From sequence record NC_094493.1: a stretch of DNA of 64,000 nt. One strand, 5' to 3'. How positions within the stretch are numbered: the stretch's first letter is position 1; each line of letters begins with the position of its first letter. A model generated the notes under the pieces. The model was not told where the DNA came from, searched no databases, and saw only the letters and a program-made list of their open reading frames with translations. Of this stretch, positions 1 through 9,909 are shown piece after piece. The stretch comes from a phage. The position numbers and the translations under genes were made by a program.

Positions 1-192
1 TACAAAATCTGAAATAGATTGCGACAAATCCACTTCATCCTCTGCCCAGTCTTGTTCTTTTTGTTTTTTGTATAGTTCAAACAGTTGTGGATATTTTTTG
101 TTGATAGAGTCGTACATACCCATTTGCTGTCCTAGAAACAGCGGATAGTCACCAGTTTTATGAGCGGTGTTCTCAGCATTAAATACAGCCAT
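1..192 (-). CDS. nrdB: Ribonucleotide reductase small subunit, N-terminal fragment; gene runs off the window start
   Basis: Minus-strand ATG at complement of 190-192 with GAGG RBS; translation MAVFNAENTAHKTGDYPLFLGQQ...DWAEDEVDLS resembles class Ia RNR beta N-termini; lies directly downstream of nrdA. Confidence 0.55.
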   Translation of the reverse strand, partial: MAVFNAENTAHKTGDYPLFLGQQMGMYDSINKKYPQLFELYKKQKEQDWAEDEVDLSQSISDFV

Positions 193-231
193 TATTCTAA
201 CCTCTAAAATGGGGCCGAAGCCCCTTTAAAA

Positions 232-2547
232 TTATAGTGCACAACTTTCGCAATACTGATCTTCAACTGAACTATCTGCAGTCAAAGGATAGTTCTTTCT
301 GGTTTCATCTTCAGCCTGTTTCTTGGCATGAAGTTCCTCTGCCAAGGAGTCACCAGCACCAACCCTAGAGTTTAAATAATACCATGTCTTCATTCCGAAT
401 TTAGTGGCACGGATAAGGTACCCTAGCTGCTCCTTCATTGAAATTTTACCATCTTTCAACTTGGTGTAGTCTATGTACAAATCCGCGCTGATTGCCTGAC
501 CTGTGAATTTTTGAATCACAGCATACATATCGATCATGTCGTTAGTATCAACGTCCCAAGCCGAAGTGTAATACTCTTTCAACTCATCATAGTCAGGAAC
601 GATAAACAGCACCTGCCCTTGTGGCGACTTTTTAAAGATAATGTGCTCACGGACAGGATAGACCCCGTTAGTGGTGTTTGTTGCCAGCGAAGAGCTTTCA
701 TTAGGCATATATGCTTCAAGAACGCTATTACGTAGCCCACCATTTTCAATGATTTCTTTACGTAACCCTTCCCAATCCTGTTTAAGAGAAGGATCTTTCA
801 CCACGCTATCGACCTCTTTGTTATAGGTGTCGATTGGTAACCAACCTTCTGGATATTTTGTTTTATGCATCCACTCGCAGACACCACGCTCTTTTGCCAA
901 CCGTAAACTTGCCTTATGCAAGCTGTAGCTGTGAAGTTCTGCAAGATCGTGAACGAGCTGTTTACTTTCAGGAGATCCGTAAGTAACCTTGTGGCTGGCA
1001 ATAAAATGTGCAACATTGGTAAGGCCAACCCCGATGGATCTGCGTTTTTTAACTGTGCTTTCCATATTTTCATACGGATATGTCATGATTTCCATAACAT
1101 TGTCAATCATAAGCACCGTATAGTATGCAACATCCTCATACTCCTCTGGAGTAACCCTCCCAGCTACAAGAGATGACAGGAAGCACAATGCAACCTCTCC
1201 ATCATCAGCATCGTACTTGAAGATATTACGCATATCTGAATAGCCTTTTGTCGGGAGGGCTATTTCTGCACACAGGTTACTTGAATAGATCACATCTTTA
1301 AAAGGTGTATGTCTATTCATCTCATCTGTCCAGTATACATACAGCCTTCCCACCTCAGTACGCTGCGTGATCAGTTCAACAGCAAGATCTCTAGCCCGGA
1401 TCCATGTTTTAGGAATACTGTCATCTTTAGCAATACGATCAACCTCTGCATCAAACTCCTCCATAGACATGGTGAAGATACCCTCATGCAGTTGAGGCGC
1501 GTGCTTATAAGAAACAAGCATCCAATCCAAATTCTTAGCCACACGGTTGATAAACGACCTATTAATACCGATGGAGTAGTCCATGGTGTTGATTCTTTTT
1601 GAAGCAACAGTCATAGGGTTTCTCAAACGGATTAGCTCATCAATCTGCGGGTCCAGTGCAAGGAATGATACTGTTGCAGAACCGCCACGTGATTGTTGTC
1701 TGTTCTCCTTAACACCAGCATCAATACCTCGATAATATGGAATCTTACCCATATGTTTAATAGTGTTACCACGAACACCATCGCCTGCAGATCTTGAGGA
1801 TAAGTAGTAGCCGATACCTGCCTGGTTAACCGTCATTGTGTACGCAACTTCACGTGCCACACCAATAGATTTTGCTGTATCGTCAGCTTTTATTACACAA
1901 CAAGATGCATACCCTGTCTTACCTGTGCGCAGCCCGTTTAAGTACGGTGTCGGGGCATTGATCTTTAAGTCGGACAGATAAGTGTATAATTTTACAACAT
2001 CGTTGATACGACGTTCTTTCGGCATATTCTTCATGACAGCCATTGCTATCCCCATAAACATCATCTGGGGAGATTCAAACAGGGTGTCTTTAAGAGTATC
2101 TTTGATCCCGTATTTGTCGCGAAACTGTTTAAGGACTGCATAGCCGTAACCGAGATCTTTACTGTGGTCAATAACAGCGTCTAAAGTGTTTAGCTCGGTA
2201 AAGCTATAACCCATATCCTCCCAATAACCTTTCTCAACCATGTCATTGTAAAATGATGGTAAGGAAGGGATCTTTGTAAACCCTCCAAAAGCCTCTTTAT
2301 AGATCTGACCAATAAGAACACGACCAGCCATACGGGAATGTGCTTCGTCTTTACGGCTAACACAAGAGTCTATAATAGCTTGGTTAACTTCTTTGGTTGT
2401 ACATCCATCATACAACCGCTTGTAGGCATCCAGTGCAATATGTGACCAATTGCCGTTACCATCGTCACCGAAAATAGCTGCCTTATTTAAACGTTCTGGA
2501 TCGAATGCCACTTCACATCCGTTGCTTTTAATTACCTTGGTGATCAA
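232..2547 (-). CDS. nrdA: Ribonucleotide reductase large subunit, class Ia
   Basis: 771 aa; N-terminal ATP-cone-like region; NLCAEIALP active-site motif; C-terminal CESCAL redox tail. Confidence 0.85.
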   Translation of the reverse strand: MITKVIKSNGCEVAFDPERLNKAAIFGDDGNGNWSHIALDAYKRLYDGCTTKEVNQAIIDSCVSRKDEAHSRMAGRVLIGQIYKEAFGGFTKIPSLPSFYNDMVEKGYWEDMGYSFTELNTLDAVIDHSKDLGYGYAVLKQFRDKYGIKDTLKDTLFESPQMMFMGIAMAVMKNMPKERRINDVVKLYTYLSDLKINAPTPYLNGLRTGKTGYASCCVIKADDTAKSIGVAREVAYTMTVNQAGIGYYLSSRSAGDGVRGNTIKHMGKIPYYRGIDAGVKENRQQSRGGSATVSFLALDPQIDELIRLRNPMTVASKRINTMDYSIGINRSFINRVAKNLDWMLVSYKHAPQLHEGIFTMSMEEFDAEVDRIAKDDSIPKTWIRARDLAVELITQRTEVGRLYVYWTDEMNRHTPFKDVIYSSNLCAEIALPTKGYSDMRNIFKYDADDGEVALCFLSSLVAGRVTPEEYEDVAYYTVLMIDNVMEIMTYPYENMESTVKKRRSIGVGLTNVAHFIASHKVTYGSPESKQLVHDLAELHSYSLHKASLRLAKERGVCEWMHKTKYPEGWLPIDTYNKEVDSVVKDPSLKQDWEGLRKEIIENGGLRNSVLEAYMPNESSSLATNTTNGVYPVREHIIFKKSPQGQVLFIVPDYDELKEYYTSAWDVDTNDMIDMYAVIQKFTGQAISADLYIDYTKLKDGKISMKEQLGYLIRATKFGMKTWYYLNSRVGAGDSLAEELHAKKQAEDETRKNYPLTADSSVEDQYCESCAL

Positions 2548-2774
2548 TTTGCTTCCTCCACTTCACTAACGTATTTATCAAGGCAGGTATCAGTATCTTG
2601 CTGGATAAAAGTATCCTCTTCTACAGAGATATTTATAATTTTACCTGTATACTCGTCATAATAGACATCATCATACATTTTAATATCGTTTGTCAGGCCA
2701 TTGAACCAAAGCCAACCAACATACTCTGCCCGACTTGCAAAACCAAGATCCTTCCACTTGGAGTTATGACTCAT
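2544..2774 (-). CDS. Hypothetical protein (76 aa)
   Basis: Start moved to internal ATG preceded by AAGGTGGTG RBS; no recognisable motif. Confidence 0.3.
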   Translation of the reverse strand: MSHNSKWKDLGFASRAEYVGWLWFNGLTNDIKMYDDVYYDEYTGKIINISVEEDTFIQQDTDTCLDKYVSEVEEAN

Positions 2775-2784
2775 CTTCACCACC

Positions 2785-3285
2785 TTAGCTTTCAATACCG
2801 AATAATTTTTCCAGGCGATGCAGATCTTCAAAATTGAAAGGTTCATCAACAATATGAATATCTTCAGCCTTTTCAGATTGTTTTGTATACTTTCTTACAT
2901 TAACACGATCCTCTACAGGGATATCATACGGGAGATCTTGAACAAGCATTGCCTCACCAGGTGCTTTATCTACATCTAAAATATCTACACCGTTATACAT
3001 TTGTGGGTATCTAAAGTCTGCACGCATGACACCAGCAAATACATCTGCCTTTCGATAATGTGTTGGCTTATTTTTGCATCGAACGTTTTTTCCACGAAGA
3101 ACATCAATACTTTTTAAATCAAACCCTACGGCAAAGAGTGCAGCTCGGAGACCGTTTCGTGTGCGAACGTTAAACCCGGGGACGGTAGATAGAAAATCTA
3201 AAGTAACTGAAATAAATGTCTTTTTAGGAATCATAACATTACTCATATCTGTCTCCATTTCTGGCTCACCAACAAAGTGAGCCAT
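2785..3285 (-). CDS. Hypothetical protein (166 aa)
   Basis: ORF in the operon between nrdA and the ThyX-like gene; no recognisable motif. Confidence 0.35.
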   Translation of the reverse strand: MAHFVGEPEMETDMSNVMIPKKTFISVTLDFLSTVPGFNVRTRNGLRAALFAVGFDLKSIDVLRGKNVRCKNKPTHYRKADVFAGVMRADFRYPQMYNGVDILDVDKAPGEAMLVQDLPYDIPVEDRVNVRKYTKQSEKAEDIHIVDEPFNFEDLHRLEKLFGIES

Positions 3286-3344
3286 TATTATAGATTATCT
3301 AATACTATTAGTCAACACAAAAGTTACCTATCGCTGTGATAGGA

Positions 3345-4328
3345 TTAACCTTTCACGAAGTGGTTATTAAGCAGTTGTCTGTGCTGAACCCACCCACAAA
3401 AGTTGGCAGACCAGAATTTACCATCACGGTCTTGATGGGTTACACCTTCCTGCCAAGTACTGATGTCTTGTGTGATTTCACATGAAGACAGGTAGTAGTT
3501 TAAACGTTCCATTGCGTTATCGTGATCCATAGGTGTTGCCTGGTGCTCGTAAGGGCTTGCATGAATACGATCCCCACCAATCAATTTTTTAGCCACACTA
3601 TCTGCCTTTTCAAACGTGCTGTCAATATTTCGATAAGATACTTGTGCACAGCAACTAGCACTGATAGACAGAGCTTCTTTAGTATCGAGAATGCAGAGCT
3701 TTCCTTCTGTGTCACGTACAGCGTAGTTAAACTCTCCGTCCAAATAAACGTGCTCTACATATGGGGTGTGCCATTGACCCGGTTTAAGGATTTCAGGAGT
3801 GCTATTCTCAAGAGCCTCCCACATACAATTAGCTAACATCTGAATCGTAGGATCCGCATCGTGCCAGCAACGGAGGTGGAAAAAATTATTCCACTCGGTG
3901 CTTGTTACAACTGTTTTCATGCGCTGGAACGGCTCCACTAAGCGGTTACATACTTGCTTATGGTAACCAGCAAGGGCGAACTTCTCTGCATGCCAAGCGG
4001 CGTTTTTTGCAGCTTCTTTCCAAAACTCTTCAGGAGTTAGCTCCATGTCAGTGTACTCTACACGGATCTTTTGATCGTGTTCCCCACCATCTTCCATTCC
4101 TCGCTTATTTACACCGAAGCGAACTGGCATTGCCGGATTCTCCACAATCTGTTGCAGCATCTTGCCGACAGGTACTGCACGGGAAGACATGGCGTTTCGG
4201 CTGAACACTCGGTGCGTCATAAGCTCTGAGTGAATAATTCGAGGATACTCTAGTTCAAAAGTGGTGATACGCTTACCTTTCTCGGAAATGCTGTCAGCAA
4301 TAATCTTTGCAGTGCACAGTTTTAGCAT
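3345..4328 (-). CDS. ThyX-like (flavin-dependent thymidylate synthase fold) protein, divergent
   Basis: THRVFSRNAMSSR matches the spacing of the ThyX RHRxxSxxxxSxR signature but with Thr in place of the first Arg; later LR...DA...IQ segment also ThyX-like; 327 aa is longer than typical ThyX. Confidence 0.45.
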   Translation of the reverse strand: MLKLCTAKIIADSISEKGKRITTFELEYPRIIHSELMTHRVFSRNAMSSRAVPVGKMLQQIVENPAMPVRFGVNKRGMEDGGEHDQKIRVEYTDMELTPEEFWKEAAKNAAWHAEKFALAGYHKQVCNRLVEPFQRMKTVVTSTEWNNFFHLRCWHDADPTIQMLANCMWEALENSTPEILKPGQWHTPYVEHVYLDGEFNYAVRDTEGKLCILDTKEALSISASCCAQVSYRNIDSTFEKADSVAKKLIGGDRIHASPYEHQATPMDHDNAMERLNYYLSSCEITQDISTWQEGVTHQDRDGKFWSANFCGWVQHRQLLNNHFVKG

Positions 4329-4528
4329 TATTTAGCTCTCCTTGTTTTAATTTTGGAAATTTCGTCTGGGTTTATGTTGGCCTTAAATGCAAGGTATCTG
4401 TTGAACATGTCAGAGCACATATCTTGGGTGATCCTAGAGGCATACACTAGCTTACCTCCTAGATCATACACCTCTAGCCAGTCACCGTATCTGACTACAG
4501 GATCGCCACCTTTAGAACATCTGCCCAT
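4328..4528 (-). CDS. Hypothetical protein (66 aa)
   Basis: Small ORF coupled between ThyX-like and HAD genes. Confidence 0.3.
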   Translation of the reverse strand: MGRCSKGGDPVVRYGDWLEVYDLGGKLVYASRITQDMCSDMFNRYLAFKANINPDEISKIKTRRAK

Positions 4529-4529
4529 T

Positions 4530-5123
4530 TCAAATACCTTCTAAAAACTTTCCTATTTTATACCAGCTATTGGCGGTATAGTCAACACTGACCTTTAACT
4601 CCTCGAATTGCTCATAAGGCGTATCTTTTAGGATTTTAATAACTTCAGGTCGTGAAGCGAATTGGTTAAGGTATTCATGCCTGTCGTCAATTATAACATC
4701 TACAGCCACATTTCCTTTGAAATGTGTGGCGTAGAAGCCGTGACCCTGGGTGTGATCGTCCAGATCCATAAAATCACTGGTCCAACGCTTTAAGAACCTT
4801 GATTTAGATGCAAGGTGACCTTTCTTGCATACCGAGATAAATGCAAGCTTGTGACCACGAGCCACCAAATCTTTCATAACCTCAATAGCCCCCTCTTCAG
4901 GCTTAAGAAAGTCGTAGAGGAATGGGTCACTCCAGAAATCAAAAGGCCCTATGATGTTTTCTTTGGGGCGATCAGGCCAATACTTTGACAGATCGTAATA
5001 CATCAGTCCATTAGAAGGTTTAGCGACTGTCTTACTGGCTGGACCATACAAACGCTCCAACCACTCCCACCATGCTGTTCCTGAATCTACCAGTGTCAAA
5101 TCTACATCAATTCCGATTAACAT
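4530..5123 (-). CDS. HAD-superfamily phosphatase, possibly a deoxyribonucleotidase
   Basis: N-terminal IDVDLTLVD fits HAD motif I (DxDxT). Confidence 0.5.
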   Translation of the reverse strand: MLIGIDVDLTLVDSGTAWWEWLERLYGPASKTVAKPSNGLMYYDLSKYWPDRPKENIIGPFDFWSDPFLYDFLKPEEGAIEVMKDLVARGHKLAFISVCKKGHLASKSRFLKRWTSDFMDLDDHTQGHGFYATHFKGNVAVDVIIDDRHEYLNQFASRPEVIKILKDTPYEQFEELKVSVDYTANSWYKIGKFLEGI

Positions 5124-5734
5124 TCTTCTTGGGCCTCTTTAGCATCAATATACTTGCACACAATCTCCGATGCACACTCCCAAGGTGCACCTTCAGGGTT
5201 TACAACATCGAACTCAATCCCTTTTATTCCGTTCTTTTCCAGACTTAGATAGGTTCTGGAATCATTTCCCCAGTCATATCCGACACGGTGAATACGGAAC
5301 AACAACAGATCTCCACCTGTGCTGTATGCGTACTCGCTAAGGCATGCCAGCTCCTCTTTGAATCCACCATCGGAGTAAACAACAACCCCTTTACCTTTAG
5401 GGAAATCTTTCTTCAAGGATGTGACTGCGGCCTTACCGAAAGCATCTTCACCAAAGATAGGTTTAATCAGATTTTCACTACAATGGATCATCCACTCTCG
5501 CGGAGAAACATGCTTACCGTCTATCATTAAGAAAGGGCAAGGCTCTTCTTTGTAGTGGCGGTCATAAAGTGCATTCCAGAGTTGAGGAGTTACACCAGCT
5601 GCCTTAATTGCCACGCTGAAGAGCATCTCCTTAACCTCACGATGGTGTGAGTTAGGAATAGCTTCCAACAAGAGATCTGCAATGTGATCCTTACCACTAC
5701 TAGGTGGGGCGTTAAGAACAATAATATCCATCAA
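5117..5734 (-). CDS. Deoxynucleoside monophosphate kinase-like P-loop kinase
   Basis: P-loop NAPPSSGKDH resembles the SGKD loop of T4 gp1-type dNMP kinases. Confidence 0.5.
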   Translation of the reverse strand: MMDIIVLNAPPSSGKDHIADLLLEAIPNSHHREVKEMLFSVAIKAAGVTPQLWNALYDRHYKEEPCPFLMIDGKHVSPREWMIHCSENLIKPIFGEDAFGKAAVTSLKKDFPKGKGVVVYSDGGFKEELACLSEYAYSTGGDLLLFRIHRVGYDWGNDSRTYLSLEKNGIKGIEFDVVNPEGAPWECASEIVCKYIDAKEAQEEC

Positions 5735-5934
5735 AAACCTCCGTGGTATTCTTCAACTGCATCAATAATACTTTTACACTTATCTACCAGCTCGTTAGCC
5801 ACTACAGCATCGTCTTCCCAAACAGCCTCTTCAATCTGATCAAGCAATGATCGCATCTTATCCATCATTTCTGGGATAAAGTTTTCTGAAAAGCTGTCTG
5901 GAACTGTTAACCTTAGTGTCATTGCGGTCTCCAA
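5731..5934 (-). CDS. Hypothetical acidic protein (67 aa)
   Basis: ORF only. Confidence 0.3.
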   Translation of the reverse strand: METAMTLRLTVPDSFSENFIPEMMDKMRSLLDQIEEAVWEDDAVVANELVDKCKSIIDAVEEYHGGF

Positions 5935-5949
5935 TCATACTATGCGTTA

Positions 5950-6408
5950 TTAGAAGTTTGTTTTTACACGTCCCTTTTCATCTACCTCATTGTTAGCTAA
6001 AAGCGTTACAAAGTCTGTGAAACGGACATGAAGAACTCTTTTCTTGTCAAGGTATCCTAAAGCCACCCCTGAAAAATTTAGCATCAAGGGGGCTAAAGAA
6101 GCTCTAGCACTGAAATGCTGTTGTTCTACTCTTCCTACACCCTTAGTGTAGGATGGGTTAAGATTGTAAGTTCTGAATCCCAGTTTTGTTGGAGCTTTAG
6201 AATTAAAAACAACTTTATAGCGTTTCTTACTCAACTTATGCTCCAGGATAAGAATTCCCTTATCACCCTTGATAAGTTGAAAATCTGTAAAGTGCTCTTT
6301 TAAGACGAAAGGTAGTGCCAGTCCCATCGCCTGCCCTCTTTGTACCGCTGTCTCACCAAAAGCTTTCGCATCAGTGAGTTCTTTGGTCAAGTCTATGCTT
6401 TTGATCAT
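5950..6408 (-). CDS. Hypothetical protein (152 aa)
   Basis: ORF only. Confidence 0.3.
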   Translation of the reverse strand: MIKSIDLTKELTDAKAFGETAVQRGQAMGLALPFVLKEHFTDFQLIKGDKGILILEHKLSKKRYKVVFNSKAPTKLGFRTYNLNPSYTKGVGRVEQQHFSARASLAPLMLNFSGVALGYLDKKRVLHVRFTDFVTLLANNEVDEKGRVKTNF

Positions 6409-7219
6409 ACCTGGTCTCCAAAATGTATTGTAGTTCTTTCTTGCCTATACTCTTCATTCCAGCAGTCTTACCTGCTTCTTCTTGAAAAGAAGAATAGCAT
6501 TCAGCAAACACTCTGTCAACACCGTCAACTAAAGATTTTATGAAATATGTCGATTCTTCAGATTTTGGGTCATCATCTCCCAATACTTTTCCAGCATTAT
6601 ACCCAACACGTCTTACACAGAAGTCGTAGTCATCTGGAGTGCTAAAAGAAAATAACTTATTCTCTCCAATCTCTACAGGATCCCTATTACACGCCTTTTT
6701 CTCCCAAATTTGGAAAACACACGGCACGTCATAAGGTTTGCCATTAAGTAAAAACGAATTCTTAGGGCACCTTTCGCTGTAGACAAGGTGCATCGACATG
6801 TCCAGTTTGTTTGCAAAAAATATTTTTTCAAATGTCCGTGGCAAGATGAAGGCTATAGCCCCTCCAAGCTCTAGCAATGATGCACAATGGTTGAAGAATT
6901 TGCAAGCTAAAGATGAATTCTTGCCAAATGGTGGGTTACCTATGAAGACATCTGCCTTGGGATGCACCTCCAAGAAGTTTGCCTGAATGCACGGTGTTGG
7001 TCCTTCAAATTCAGGATCTGGTACTAAATCGTACGACAGTATCTCTGAAAATAGTTTTGAAAAAGAACCCCTTCCAGCAGAAGGCTCAACGTATGCACAA
7101 TTCCCATACTTATCTTTTACTTTACCAACAAGATATTCTGCATACTCAGGGTTTGTGTAATATTTGTCGTTGGACTCTTTCTTACTCAAAGTGCCTCCAA
7201 AAGGAAAAGGGAGGCGCAA
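6371..7219 (-). CDS. DNA N6-adenine (amino) methyltransferase
   Basis: Motif I-like EPSAGRGSF and motif IV GNPPFG. Confidence 0.65.
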   Translation of the reverse strand: MRLPFPFGGTLSKKESNDKYYTNPEYAEYLVGKVKDKYGNCAYVEPSAGRGSFSKLFSEILSYDLVPDPEFEGPTPCIQANFLEVHPKADVFIGNPPFGKNSSLACKFFNHCASLLELGGAIAFILPRTFEKIFFANKLDMSMHLVYSERCPKNSFLLNGKPYDVPCVFQIWEKKACNRDPVEIGENKLFSFSTPDDYDFCVRRVGYNAGKVLGDDDPKSEESTYFIKSLVDGVDRVFAECYSSFQEEAGKTAGMKSIGKKELQYILETRYDQKHRLDQRTH

Positions 7220-7234
7220 GCCTCCCTCTACTTG

Positions 7235-8218
7235 TTAGATTATCTGAATCAGGGTGTTTTTCATCTCTTCTCTGGTACGGATGTTGTTACGATCACGAAC
7301 AACAGATCCACAACCTTCGCAGCGGTATGTTTTAAATGCACTCAGCTGAGTATACGCCAAAGCTTCTTCCTCGTGAAGGTGTTCTCCACCACAGCGTGGG
7401 CAACGAACCTTTGGCTCCTCGTCCTGGTAGTACAATGACATGTTTGGGTGCTGCTTAGCAAACGGGCGAGCCAGCAAATACAAGCCTTCCAGAGACAGGA
7501 TATCACCAACATTATACTCCCGCATCTGTTTAAATGCCTCAAGATCGCCATGGACACACTTGATCCACATTTCAAATGTGTGGTCAATCAGTTTCTGTCG
7601 GGCCAGTTGGAAGTATTTGCATGCATACTCTAAAGTGTTTGCATTCAAACGGAATGCCTTCTTGATCATTTTAAGGGTGTCAACCTCTTTGTAGGGGCTT
7701 GTTGGAGGCAACCCGTGAAATGCAAATCGTTGGTTGGCCCACCCGCAGTCAAAACCTGAATTGTGGGCTACTGCGACATCGCATTTATCCAGATAATACC
7801 ACAAATCCTGAATCAATTCGAGATCATTGTGAATATCCTCATCCCACATTTTGTAATCTGGAAGAGCGCAGTCAACCACACTAGGGCTGTCTAACCACTT
7901 ACCTGCGAAAGTTAGCATATAGGGCATAACTTCAATACCACAGGTTTGAATGTTGGTCTTATAGTGCCCAAAGAACCAGCCGTTTGTTGGGGATGTCTCT
8001 GTATCATACACCCAAACTTTAGCACCTTTGTGCTCTTCAAGGAAGCGCTCCGTTGCTTCTCCTACAATCTCCGACATATTCTCTTGTGCACGTTTAAGCT
8101 GTAGTCGGATCCAGCTCTCACGTGACTCACGGCCTAAAAATTCACGAGCAATTTGTCTATTAGTGTATCCTTGTTGCTTTAGTGTTAAAATTTGCTCAAG
8201 AGTTAACTTTGTCATCAT
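7235..8218 (-). CDS. DEDD-family 3'-5' exonuclease with N-terminal HTH-like region
   Basis: VYDTETS (Exo I) and AHNSGFD (Exo II) motifs. Confidence 0.55.
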   Translation of the reverse strand: MMTKLTLEQILTLKQQGYTNRQIAREFLGRESRESWIRLQLKRAQENMSEIVGEATERFLEEHKGAKVWVYDTETSPTNGWFFGHYKTNIQTCGIEVMPYMLTFAGKWLDSPSVVDCALPDYKMWDEDIHNDLELIQDLWYYLDKCDVAVAHNSGFDCGWANQRFAFHGLPPTSPYKEVDTLKMIKKAFRLNANTLEYACKYFQLARQKLIDHTFEMWIKCVHGDLEAFKQMREYNVGDILSLEGLYLLARPFAKQHPNMSLYYQDEEPKVRCPRCGGEHLHEEEALAYTQLSAFKTYRCEGCGSVVRDRNNIRTREEMKNTLIQII

Positions 8219-8230
8219 CGTTAAGATTCC

Positions 8231-8452
8231 TTAGTAAAACTGAAGAATGTCTTTTAAAGCGAAGTCACGATATTCGCCCTTGTCTACATCGAAGGCACGC
8301 ATCAACCACTGCTCTTCTTTATGATACTCTGTAGAGCCAAACCATAAATTAGGCTCAGTAACGCAGCGATCTGCAACAACACCTTTCCAGTTACGGTATT
8401 TCATCCTGATCAGGACTGAGTCGCAAGGATTGAATACCTTTTTCATCCCCAT
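8231..8452 (-). CDS. Hypothetical protein (73 aa)
   Basis: ORF only. Confidence 0.3.
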   Translation of the reverse strand: MGMKKVFNPCDSVLIRMKYRNWKGVVADRCVTEPNLWFGSTEYHKEEQWLMRAFDVDKGEYRDFALKDILQFY

Positions 8453-8996
8453 AGAAATCTCTCTCCTCAGTTTTCTTTATAAACTCCTGCATGTAGAGCT
8501 CAATAGCCTCATGCTTGGTGCACTCTGGATTAATGACAAGATTGAGATCTGATTCTGCTCGTGCAATAATCGTAGCTTTAGAGCATCTCCTCAAGAACTT
8601 TGTCATATCATCTCTGTAGTTTTTGTGGAGCGGGAAGTCGCTGTAGTCTTTCTCCAAATAGTCAGCCATCCGGCGCAACGCCTCTGATAAACTGCAATCT
8701 GTATACTCGTTACAGTATTTCATCCAGTATTTAAGCACATACCCCTCAAAGGTATTAGTGCATTGAGACAAAACACCCCTGCAACGACCAGTCAGATGAT
8801 CATGATCTAAACAAGGCTTACGAAGTGGCTCGCACAAGATCGGATCAAGACCATCCTGCTCCTCTGACAATTCTTTTCGAAAGTTGGCTATGTCCTTAGA
8901 ATCTTTTAACCACCCGTTATGAACTGGGGCTTTGACAGCTTTCTTTCTTATTTTACGCTTTGCGATAATCCCTCCAGATGAGCCCTGCCTATCCAA
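8391..8996 (-). CDS. Endonuclease VII-like junction-resolving nuclease
   Basis: CLDHDHLTGRCRGVLSQCTNTFEG closely parallels the T4 gp49 HLDHDH...RGLLCNLCNAAEG zinc/active-site block. Confidence 0.65.
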   Translation of the reverse strand: MDRQGSSGGIIAKRKIRKKAVKAPVHNGWLKDSKDIANFRKELSEEQDGLDPILCEPLRKPCLDHDHLTGRCRGVLSQCTNTFEGYVLKYWMKYCNEYTDCSLSEALRRMADYLEKDYSDFPLHKNYRDDMTKFLRRCSKATIIARAESDLNLVINPECTKHEAIELYMQEFIKKTEERDFYGDEKGIQSLRLSPDQDEIP

Positions 8997-9577
8997 TAAG
9001 CATCTGCGAGATCGGCCTTACCTTGTACCAAATTGATCCCGTCTAGGAACCCAGGTTCAGATACTTCGCAGGCCTTAACCATCAACTTTTTATCCATTGT
9101 AACAGGTTTCTTCACAGTATGCTCTTTACCTGTCTTTTTGTCAAGCTTTTTCTTCTCCTCAAAAGCAAGTTCTTCAGGAAGATGACTACGAGCAAACTTT
9201 TTGGCAGTTGTTGGTGTCACTGTGTGGACCTTAAACAGGCCGTCATTTTCACAATCAGCTAAGGCATCCCAAAGCATAATTTCAAGACCGTAAAACAACC
9301 CAGCCAGTTCACGTGTGGCATCCCCGCGTGATCCAAAGGAAAGCCCTTCCATAACCACGGTGTCAACGTGATGCGTGTGGATATAATATCTGACCTGTTT
9401 GCAGATCCAGTCAATACGCTCAGCAGCTGTTGCAAAAGAAACCGTCCCTGGTTTCTTCTCTTTTGCAGATGAGCTTTGAGTTCGTAACACAACCTTATGA
9501 ACAGGCTTTCCATCGTCCCATACAACGCAAGCTGTGTGTGTCAACGACTGGTCTATGGATAATAGACGCTCTCTCAT
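8948..9577 (-). CDS. RuvC/RNase H-fold nuclease-like protein
   Basis: SIDQSLTHTAC and VVMEGLSFGS resemble the Asp and Glu strands of RuvC-like resolvases; weak. Confidence 0.4.
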   Translation of the reverse strand: MRERLLSIDQSLTHTACVVWDDGKPVHKVVLRTQSSSAKEKKPGTVSFATAAERIDWICKQVRYYIHTHHVDTVVMEGLSFGSRGDATRELAGLFYGLEIMLWDALADCENDGLFKVHTVTPTTAKKFARSHLPEELAFEEKKKLDKKTGKEHTVKKPVTMDKKLMVKACEVSEPGFLDGINLVQGKADLADAYWIGRAHLEGLSQSVK

Positions 9578-9909
9578 GCTTCCTCATCCTCCTCTCCTTC
9601 ATCAGGAGCATAAGCCTTATCTTTGAACAAGACGAGAGAGCAAAGCTTAACATCTGTTTCCACACTGGTGAACATGCATAACCGCTCGCCCTCAATCAAC
9701 TCACAATCCTCTTTTAAAACAGCAGACCATACACGGTCATCTGCGTAATCATCTGTGTACAGGATGTATGAAATAGTGTCATCTTCATACAACCGCCACA
9801 TACCTGTGGCAACAATAAATGTATTTTTTGTTTTAATGGTCCCTGTTGTATGATCATCCTCAAAAACAGCTTCCATAATTGCATTATCTACAGAATTTTT
9901 AGTCATCAA
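9574..9909 (-). CDS. Hypothetical acidic protein (111 aa)
   Basis: ORF only. Confidence 0.3.
   Translation of the reverse strand: MMTKNSVDNAIMEAVFEDDHTTGTIKTKNTFIVATGMWRLYEDDTISYILYTDDYADDRVWSAVLKEDCELIEGERLCMFTSVETDVKLCSLVLFKDKAYAPDEGEEDEEA

Noticed and set aside
211-224. Terminator between nrdA and nrdB (hairpin GGGGCCGAAGCCCC)
   Set aside because: On the transcribed minus strand the hairpin is not followed by a U-run; more likely an RNA stability or attenuation element inside the nrdAB transcript, so not called
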